Source: Octopus sinensis | Lineage: Eukaryota | Assembly: GCF_006345805.1 (NCBI RefSeq) | Contig: NC_043007.1 | Coordinates: 68,324,001 to 68,388,000 of the forward strand | Reading direction: 5' to 3' | DNA length: 64,000 bases | Part shown: positions 54,261 through 64,000 of the stretch, piece after piece | Position numbering within the stretch: position 1 is the first letter of the stretch | Layout: every line of letters starts with the position of its first letter | Made by a program: the position numbers and the translations under genes | The notes under the pieces: model-generated | The model's database searches: none | Told to the model about the DNA's origin: nothing | The model's input: the letters and a program-made list of their open reading frames with translations, nothing else

Positions 54261-54309
54261 ACATATTTGAAATTATTCTTACACGAATAAATTTATTTTG
54301 AAATAATTT

Positions 54310-56756
54310 GATAGCCTTACCATATGCATATTCGGAATATAATTTTGGTAATAATTTGCCAGTCCCTTAAAAGCTTACAAGGTCGCTATATTTGGCGGAG
54401 TGGGCATATTTTTAGTTGCGTCTTCCCTCGATAGATCTGGCCGACATCCATTTCTGATAATGACTTGTCCTAAATATATTATTTTCGGTAAGAAAAATTC
54501 ACACTTTTCTTCACTCAAAGTAAAACCGAGCATGTATGTTACGTGATCTGCGCGTTTGTTCCAGGAATTGCTTTTAATGAGTATATCATCCAAATAGAGA
54601 ATTGCGAATTCACAGTCTGCTAAAATTGCATCCATAATCTGTTGAAATATCATTGGTGCGACTTTTGAGACAAATGCTAACCTGTTGTATTTATACAGTC
54701 CTTTAAGTATGTTTATTGTTAGGTATTTAAAGCATTCCCCGTCTACTTTAATTTGTAGGTACTCTTCAGAAATATCCAATTTAAAAAATATCTTGTCACC
54801 GTTAAATTTCGCAAATATATCCTCCGGAGTAGGTAGCGGATAGTGGAGCATTTTAAGACATTCGTTTAAACTAGTGGAAAAATCAGCACACACTCTGATT
54901 TTATAATTCTTTTTCTTAACGTACACATTGACTATATTCCACTTTTTGGGTAACTCCAATTTTTTCTATTATCTCTAACTCACAGTTTATCTGTTCTAGC
55001 ACTGCAAACGAAACAGTTCATCTTGATCTTAATACCTGTATGGCGTTTTACTTAAAACTTTGCCTTTGTTTTGGTGCACAATCCTAATTCCTCAGACAGA
55101 ACTTCAGGACAAATCTTTTTTAATTATTTTAAAAATTCGTCTGACGATTTATTTGTACAGGCGGAAAAACCATTCACATTTTTACAGAAAAGATTTATGG
55201 AGAGGTCCCATAAGTTAAATATTTCCCTCCAGTCTGTTTCGAATAAATATGTCGTATTATTCAGCACAAAAACTGTGGCTTTTAAGTTTGTCCACGAAAT
55301 GTAACGTCACTTAACATTTATCCCTTGAAATGTATTTTTTCCCCTGAAACACCACGTATAGTTTTCGAAGTTATTTTTAATCAAAGTCTTCTGATTTTTC
55401 TTCCTTGTATCTGTGTTAATTATCAAGACATCACTGCTCGTATACAACTGTAATTTTACGTTTGTGTTATTAATTTTTATATACACAAATTTCCTTTGAA
55501 GCTCGTTCGTATTTCTTGTCACTGTTTACAAAAGTTTTTCTGTTGAACTGTTTTTTATGTTTTGTTTTACAGTGTGATCTTTTTATGCTCTCTCTAACAA
55601 CACTTGAAGCATTTTATATTTTTTTAACGGATAGTTACTTTCAAAATGTAGACAATCGCACTCATAACATGGATTCGGTCTGGACATTTTTTCTCTTTTT
55701 TCATATTCATTACAGGTCGACACGTATGAATATGAAAGCAATCTTTTTCTTCAGTTTTATCTACGTCATGTCTTTGATTTGGTATCATCTGGCATTCTTC
55801 TGCTGCTGCCTCTAGAGTTAATTTTTGGTCCTGTTCTAATTTTGTTAATATCCGGGAACGTATATCTGTATCTTTACTTGCAGATAGCCCTTGAACAAAA
55901 ATTAGAGATTTGAGCATGCCCTGGATTGATTCACTTATTTGAATTTTTCACACTCTCTGTTAACAACTCCAGCATAGGTAATGAAATCTTCATCATATTT
56001 TTTGACCAAATTTAAACACTGCCAGCGATTATTGAACAGGGAACGTCGATCACTAAAAATGCTTGATAAAAGTTGTTTCGTCGAAACAAATCTCTCCTGG
56101 TTTCTTCGGCAGAATATAGTTACTATATTTTTCGTGTTCGGCAGAGGACAGCTTTCTTAAAAGTAGTCGTACTTATTTCTCGTCAGATCAATTTTTACAT
56201 TCTTCTTTGAATATTTCTTCGTATCTTCGAAATAAATGCCGAGGAGGTAATCCCTTCTGGATTATAACTGAATCTTTCAAACTGAGTTTGCTATGCTGTC
56301 TGGCGAGTAAGAACCAGAAGTATTTTCAGATTTCTTCAACATTAATTCCAGCAACTGTTGGTTTTGTAGTTGCTGCTGTTGTAGTTGCTGTGGTTGCTGT
56401 TGTAATTGCTGTTGTTGCTGTGGTAGTTGCTGTTCTTTTTGATGCTATTGCTGTTGCAACTGCACTACGGAGGCCAATAAGTCCTCCAGGTTAAATGATA
56501 TTTTTTCTTTGGTTTCGTACAAGAGAAAACAATTCTAAAACTTTTATATCCTGGTGTTTTATAAATCATTTAATGAAACAGGGAAAAATAGTATTCACAC
56601 AACGTACTACTGTTATTGTTACAGGAGGTTAAACGCTTTCTGCCAACGGCTCGCAGTGAAATGCCTACCTGGAATTGCTGACAGTTCTTTATTTTATAGA
56701 GCAATGTGTCAGCCCACTTTTAGTCACATGGGGGTGGTCACAATCCTTCCACAACA
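54310..56756 (-). mobile_element. Decayed Ty3/Gypsy LTR retrotransposon (gag-protease-RT; 3' part missing)
   Basis: RT 54375-54959: IRVCADFSTSLN..HYPLPTPEDIF..KLDISEEYLQI..LYKYNRLAF..APMIFQQIMD..ILYLDDILI..FFLPKIIYLGQVI. Protease KLQLYTSSD (cf. LDTGSD). Gag FVQGLSASKDTDIRSRILTKLEQ with a Q-rich N-terminus. A tentative 5' LTR TG...CA lies at 56756-56496 (low confidence). Confidence 0.88.
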
Positions 56757-57463
56757 GGAAGTTTAACAAACTCTTATTAATTGGACTCTTAACTACTGTG
56801 GATTTATCTTTTTACGTTTATCCAGCAAATAGTTATATAGAAATTTTATTCGCTTACAACTGATACAATATTACGGTAAACTCGCTCTGGTTGTTTCTAT
56901 AACAGTTCAAATAAGTCGATATGTTCCATCTGGTTGATAGTGTGAATGGCAGCGAAGTAGATCAGCTATCCTAGAATTTCTGAACCGTGACTATTAACAA
57001 AGGGAGAGGTATCCAAAGTTGAGTAGTTGTGATGTGTAAGAGAAGAATCAAATCGGAAGGAGAGGCGACGTGTATTAAGAAGTTCGAATGACTTCGATTG
57101 TCTGCCTGTTTATATCGTGATATGGAAAGACTTTTGTTTAACCCTGTGTATTATAACTGAAATGTTACGCAGTGGTATTTACAGTATATCAGTCTAGCGA
57201 AATATGAAGAATAATAATATAAATAACATCTCTTTGTTAGATGTGAGATTCATGTAGATTTGTCAGGTTATATCTGGATCTCAAGCGCACTGAACTATAT
57301 GTACGTAAAAACACAGTAGTACACATGCACACTCACTCACTCTGTTGCTTTCTGTCACGCAGGCACACACACAAACACACATACAAACAAACATATATAT
57401 ATGTATATAATCATGTGTGTAGAGACATATTTATATATATAAGCGACATTTATATATATAAGT

Positions 57464-59445
57464 GAAATAAGTGACCTTGTGGGCCTATTCATCCTCCATA
57501 GGTTCAAGACCCTACTCACAGGCCTCTCCGGTGGTCTCTACCGCGATGATGGCCTCTTTGCCCTCCACAAAATAATCCCCAGGACCACGGATGGGTTCCG
57601 GAAAAACCTTTACACTTTTTAAAAAAACTTAGGCCTTAGGATTACCTTACACTCGAACTTAACCAAAGCTAACTTCCTTGACGTTACCCTCGATTTAGAA
57701 ACCTCCCTTTATTACCCGTACCATAAACCTAATAAATCCCTTAGATACATAGACATTAATTCTAACCACCCCAAAAATATATTAGACAACCTAATGAAAA
57801 GTGTCTCCATTAGGATATCTAGCCTCTCTGCCACCGAGGATATCTTTAATGCCGCACCCCCTATTACAATGAGGCCCTGGTCCGCAGTGGCTTTAGAGAT
57901 AAGATCACTTACATTAGCATAGCCCCACGCCCATTCAAGAATAATAGGCGAAGACACATTAGCTGGTACAACCCCCCTTCAACCGTGAAGTCTCAACACC
58001 TGTAGCTAAAACTTTCTTCACTCTCTTACAAAAACACTTCTCCACCCAACATAAGTACTATACAATCCTTAATAAGAACACCATTAGACTCTCCTACTCC
58101 ACCACACCCAAACTACCTAGGAACCTAGCCAACAATAACGTCAAAAAACTTAATAAATCAACTTTTTCCGAAGCCCATCCAGCATCCGACAGCAACTGCA
58201 ATTGCAACTGCCCTGATGAGACTACTTGTCCCCTCAACAACAACTGCCTACAGAAAGATCTCGTCTACATATGCGATGTACAATCAGGCCCCGATGATAG
58301 AAGAAAATCGTACATCGGAATGACCTCAAATAGTTTTAAGACTCGCTGGTACGCCCACACACATTCGTTCCGGCGACCTGTCAAATCTAACCAGACTTCT
58401 CTCGCCGCCCATATCTGGCACCTTAAAAGGAACTCCATCCAGAGAGCGCGTTCTTACACGGGAGGCCATACTTGCTGTGACCTTTGCATTTCTGCGAGCT
58501 TGGAGATCTTATCCGCCAAAGGCCCTCTCCTCAACAAGATCTCGGAACACTCCCCAAGTTGTATGCACAAAATCTATGCAAACTACAAAAATTACAGACC
58601 CACCCGGCCACCCGATTGACGACACCACCCCCCACCACACCACCGTTCCTTCATCACCCCCAATTACCTTCTCTCCTAAGACTATATACATATATATATG
58701 TATATACATATGTATATATGCACATATATGTATATATGTGCATATGTATATGTGCATATATGTGTGTATGCGTGTATATGTGTGTATGTGTATGTATGTG
58801 CATATGTATGTATACGCGTGTATATATGTATATATATATATATACATATGTTTGTATATGTGTGTATGTATTTATGTATGCATGTGTGTACATGTGTATA
58901 TATTTATATGTATGTATATGCATGTGTATATGTTTATGTATGTATATATATATATGCATAAATGTGTATTTATATGTGTGTATGTATGTATATGTATATA
59001 TATATGTGCGTATGTATGTATGCATATGTATATTCGCATGTGTATGTATGTGTATGTATGTGCATATGTATATGTGCATATATGTGTGTATGCGTGTGTA
59101 TTTATATATACATGTGTATTTGTATATAAATGTATGTGTGTATGCGTGTGTATTTATATATACATGTGTATTTGTATATAAATGTATGTGTGTATGCGTG
59201 TGTATTTATATATTTATATATGAATATATGTATTTATATGCGTATATATACTTATATATGCTTATATATATTTATATACACATATGGTTTTATATGTGCA
59301 TATGTGTTTATATATGCGTGTATATATTTATGAGTGTGTTTGTGTGTACATATGTATATTTATATGTGTGTTTATATATGCATAATTATGTATATGTTTA
59401 TGTGTACATGGGTATATTTATGTATGTATACGTATGTGTATTTGC

Positions 59446-59496
<51 letters not shown>

Positions 59497-59534
59497 TATA
59501 TTTGCGCGTGTGTGTGTATGTAGGTGTATGTATG

Positions 59535-59579
<45 letters not shown>

Positions 59580-60205
59580 ATGTATGTAATTTATATGTAT
59601 ATATGTATGTATGTGTATGTATATATATATGTGCGTATGTATGTATGCATATGTATATTCGCATGTGTATGTATGTGTGTTTGTATGTATATTTATTTTA
59701 TATTTTTTTATGTTTCTTCATGCATATTTATCTACTTATTCCCTCCACCTAACAATAACAAAATGCCTACCTCTTCTTGACCACCAAAAAGCAATTGTCT
59801 TCTAATTTACCTAAAATCCCATCCCATATATCTGTTGAAATACTATTCTTGGGGTTTCTATTCATTTATTCTATTTATTCATTCATTTATTTTCTCACTG
59901 ATTCTTCTCATTTCAAAAAACACTCTGGCCTTTTGACCACTCCCTTAAGAACAATAGCTTGTGCCCTGTTTATCTCCTAAATATCAACCTCCCGAAAAAA
60001 TGCCCCCCTGCCACCACCACTCTATCAAATCTGCCTAAATGCATAAATACCAGAACTTATTTTGACAGCCATCTTCCTGAAGATTTCATCTGAATGAAAC
60101 AGTTCTAGTCCTGTAGAAGCTCCTTCTATAAAATAAATTACATTACTCTGCTATGTATTGAGTACCTTATTTACTGTGGTTTTTCCCGACTCAAACCGGG
60201 ACCTA
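57464..60205 (+). mobile_element. 5'-truncated Penelope-like element (RT + GIY-YIG endonuclease) with 3' pLTR split by a ~1-kb microsatellite
   Basis: EISDLVGLFIL...GLYRDDGL (YRDD at 57539-57550), NFLDVTLDL, NSNHPKNI, WYNPPFN, CNC..CPLNNNC, LVYIC...KSYIGMTSNSFKTRWYAH (GIY-YIG), CDLC...LLNK...C.HK. Several frameshifts are present. The 3' boundary is approximate. Confidence 0.9.
58681..59730. repeat. ~1-kb degenerate (TA)/(TG) microsatellite with internal 52-60-bp duplications
   Basis: Seen directly. It is the source of the spurious 422-aa ORF. Confidence 0.92.
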
Positions 60206-60206
60206 C

Positions 60207-60268
<62 letters not shown>

Positions 60269-61637
60269 ATCATATAGATAAAATTATAATTAAGGGTACT
60301 GTGAAACAGCACCAACATGCTAGAGATCGACGTCAAAATGACTCTCAAACCACATTATATATACTCCATGAGCATAGAATGAAAGCGAGCAAATGAGTAA
60401 AAAAAAAAAAAGGAAAACTTTCAGAAGTTAAGAAATTTTGCTAAATGTATTTTTATTCGATTTGTTATTCATTTGCTCGCTTTCAACCTCTGCTAATGGA
60501 GTGCAAATAATGTGGGTTTTAGAGTCATTCGATTGCTATCTCTCGCATGATGGTGCTGTTTCTCAGTTCCCTTAAATATAATTATATCTATATGATCATA
60601 TGTCTATATTAATTCTTAGCTATATGGTTTTTATTACATGCTGACCACTGCTAAGATCGTTATTTTATAATGATTTTATCCTTTTAATTCTTACCTATAT
60701 GGTTTTTGTTACATGCTGACCACTGATAAGATCGTTATTTTATAATGATTTTATCCTTAATGTGTATACATGCACACACACACACACACACAGATAAATA
60801 CATACATAGATAGAAATATAGATAGAGAGACAGAGTGAGAGAGAGAAAGAAAGAAGATAAACAAATGAACAGACAGGCAGAGACAACAGACGGACAGACA
60901 GTTTCTCCTATCAGGTATTTATATATGGTTTGATTCAAATTCCAACTCTCTGGAATAAGTACCTGACCTTTTAAGCACGTAATATGCTGCAAATTCACGT
61001 ATTACAGATTTGTTTTAATCGGCCTTGTGTTATTAACACTAAAGATTGTTCTAAAATAAGAAGCGATATAATGCTTTGAATCAGTTAGATTTTCTGGTTG
61101 AGTAAGTTCATATCTTGCAAATAACTACAAATGATAAGATTCGGCAGAGAAGTTAGTAGCGTTGTAAATAAATATCTCGACGAGATCAGCATCTCGCTTT
61201 TACTCTGTCGGTAAAATATAGCACCGTCGAGTAGATGGATCGATTGAATAGGCTAATAACTGCTCTAAATTTTTCAGCTCGGGCCTACGTTAGAAAACTT
61301 TGTTATTCACTTCATCATTTGGTATTTCACCATTTTATTTTAAATCTCCTTGAAGGTAATCTAAAATCAGGTAAGTTATATTGGAAACAAATGCTTAATG
61401 TCCTGACAGTTAATCGAGGGTAAGCCAGTCTTTAGGAGAGCTCGTTTCTCCCACATTGTTTACTAAAACCAGTAATAAATGTTCGAGTTCATATTTTATC
61501 CTTTCAGGGTTGGTGAATTGAAATAGAATATTAAAAAAGAATGACTTAACCTATGCCGGAAGCTCAATTTTTGAACAAAGAGTAGCGCTAACAAGGAATC
61601 TATAATATAGAAGAAATCCTAATATATTTATTGTAAT

Positions 61638-61862
61638 TAAGGCAGCAAGTTTGTAGAATCGTTAGTACGCTCGGCAAAATGCTTAGCGGCATTTTGTCCG
61701 TCATTACGTTCTGAGTACAAATTATGCCGGGGTCGACTTTACTTTTATCCTTTGTGGGGAGGGGGAGCACGATAAAATATTTGCCAGTTAAACACTGGAG
61801 TCAATGTAGTCGACTCACTCCTCTCGGAAATCGCTTGACTAGTGCCAAAATCTGAAACCGAC
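61638..61862 (+). mobile_element. Family A SINE
   Basis: aaggcagcaagtttgtagaatcgttag...gttctgagtacaaatt...gtcgactttacttttatcc...gtgccaaaatctgaaacc. Confidence 0.8.
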
Positions 61863-62780
61863 ATATTTATTGTAATTATACATTTTAGCCAAATTTTACA
61901 GCAAACGAAATATTCTGTTCGTGGTATTCTGTTTCCTGCTAGAAATAGCTGGCTCGAGCTAGAGCTCTAGCTTACAGTTACGCTGTCTCTCTACCATACA
62001 ATCATCAACATGCTGGCATGGTTGGTCTCATTTTTTTAAACATATATAGCAAAACTTTCTTGCGCGACTATTTACCGATTCTGGCAAACCACAATTTGTT
62101 TGGTTTATAACAGTAATATGAATAACATCACCATGAACCATGATTGGATTAAGTAACAGAAGAAAAGGACAGTGTAATTCGATAATAAATATATAAAACT
62201 ATATTTACAACAGAATTATTGTGCACTGGTGTACATACAACATTACAAGTAGATATATTACTATGTAGTTTTGGTTGATAAATTGCCAATCAAATATAGA
62301 ATACAAATAGCTTCAGTAATACGCTGAATTTGAATATTATGGGTTGTAAATTTGAAGCAGCATATGATTCCATTATGGTGGCAGGAAATGTATGTGTCTT
62401 AAAAGAAATTTGTTTAGTATTGTACGTGCTTTTTGTGCTTTTGTACGTGCTTTTGTACGTGCTTTTCAATCTTGCTAGTTATCCGACGTCTTAAGTAAAT
62501 TATTCGTACAATAAACCCTATTCATTTGATGTCTTGTGAGTATAATTTCGTAAATTGAACCTTGCGCGAGAAGCCTTTGAAATGACTGCCGCCCCTTTTC
62601 CCGAATAGTAGACTTCACCACCCGTTCTCGATTTAACATCATTACTTGACGACCTTTGCTTACACACACAGATATACATACCTTTGTGTGTAATTGAATA
62701 TATGAATATATCTATACATATGTGTGTGTGCGCGCACGCGTTTGGGCACACACACACACACATATATATACATATATATA

Positions 62781-62815
<35 letters not shown>

Positions 62816-63304
62816 CGCGTGCGTGCACATATATGTGTATATATATATATATACGTGCACTCATACACATATATATGCACATATACACAAATATGTACAT
62901 ACACATATATGCATACATGCTTACGTACATACCTACACACACACGCGCGCACACAGACATACACATACATACAAACGCACACATAAACACACACCCATAT
63001 GAATAAGTATATTATCAAGAAAATACGAGATATTCGTGTTTTGCCATGAGCATAAGTAATGTTCAGATATTGTTTTACAAAAAGCCTCAATAATATTTTT
63101 AGTTTTACCAAAAGCATTAATGATTATTATTATTATTATCTTTTACTAAAATCTATATTAATATTAATGTGTGTTCAGGGGGGAAAAATATTTTGAGTGA
63201 AATCATGAACAGCGAGGATTATGTTTTAAACAATATAAACCATATTTTGGCCCTGTGTTAGTTTTGAGTTTTGTGTCTCTCTTCTCCAATATATATATAT
63301 ATAC

Positions 63305-63600
63305 CTGTGGAGGCACATGGCCTAGTGGTTTAGCAGCGGACTCGCGGTCGTGGGATCGTGGGTTCTCAGACCGGGCGATGTGTGTGTTTATGAGCGAAAC
63401 ACCTAAGCTCCACGCGGCTCCGGCAGAAGGTAATGGCGAGCTTCTGCTGACTCTTTCGCAACAACTTTCTGTCACTGTTTCCTCCTGCATCTTGCAGCTC
63501 ACCTGCGACGGACTGGCGTCCCATCCAGGTGGGGAACCTATACGCCAAGGAAAACGGGAAACCGGCCCTTATGAGCCAGGCATGGCTCGAGAAGGAAGGA
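63305..63600 (+). mobile_element. Family C tRNA-derived SINE (V-domain-like)
   Basis: A box TGGCCTAGTGG (63318-63328) and cctgcgacggactggcgtcccatccagg (63502-63529), which resembles the V-SINE domain as recalled. Tail ggctcgagaagga. Confidence 0.8.
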
Positions 63601-64000
63601 ATATATATACCTAAGAATGTCTGTATGATTAAGGAAGTTCCTTTACAACTATGACAATACAAGTTCAGTCCAACTGCATAATACTTTTCGGGAGTGTTTT
63701 GTTCCATGGCTTCCTGTCGATCAGAGACTTGTGTTAATGGGAATTGTATTAATGGAGACATTACCCATAGTTTATTTTATTTTTTAATTTTTTAGATAGA
63801 GTATTTAATCGACCGCCCAATTTACCTTCAACGTGTGGCATTCAGGTTGCTTAAGCAGAATCCACTCTATTGCAAAAAAATTGGAGAATACCACAATTTT
63901 AAGAATAACGTCTTATATTCCATCCACATCACTCAGAGGCCCCGGAAAAGAATCGTGGGCATTTTGATTCCTATTCTAAGTCAGAAAAATACCTGTAATT

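Noticed and set aside
58213-58235. CTGATGA-gac(tactt)gtc hammerhead-like start
   Set aside because: No GAAA follows, and it lies in the Penelope coding frame (CPDETTCP).
58484-59752. 422-aa ORF and the many other Y/I/V/C/M/H/T-rich ORFs (21.4-21.9 kb, 42.9-43.3 kb, 46.8-47.1 kb, 62.5-63.1 kb etc.)
   Set aside because: They are translations of (TA)n/(TG)n/(CA)n microsatellites, which lack stop codons in some frames. They show no protein-like complexity.

Overview
AT-rich eukaryotic DNA with very dense microsatellites and transposon relics. I could not identify any host protein-coding exon, so the window is probably intergenic or a large intron. The SINE families and (TA)n/(CA)n/(ATCT)n/(TAA)n load resemble an octopus (coleoid cephalopod) genome; this is inferred from recalled repeat families, not from a search. 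Relics present: mariner and maT/DD37D transposons, a Helitron, MITEs, a probable Merlin, an R4/Dong-type LINE in (TAA)n, an RTE 5' end, CR1-group LINE fragments, a Ty3/Gypsy element, Penelope-like elements and three tRNA-derived SINE families. The most notable unannotated signal is a set of self-cleaving-ribozyme motifs. Two type I hammerheads recur about 302 nt apart in a diverged tandem unit (retrozyme-like, 51.5-52.1 kb). A ~550-bp fold-back of Penelope-type LTR sequence carries a hammerhead in each arm, with a third hammerhead nearby (48.3-49.1 kb). There are also decayed hammerheads at 4.8 and 60.1 kb and an HDV-like relic in the RTE 5' UTR. Most long ORFs in the supplied track are microsatellite artefacts. 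All alignments and folds were done by eye, and many boundaries are approximate.
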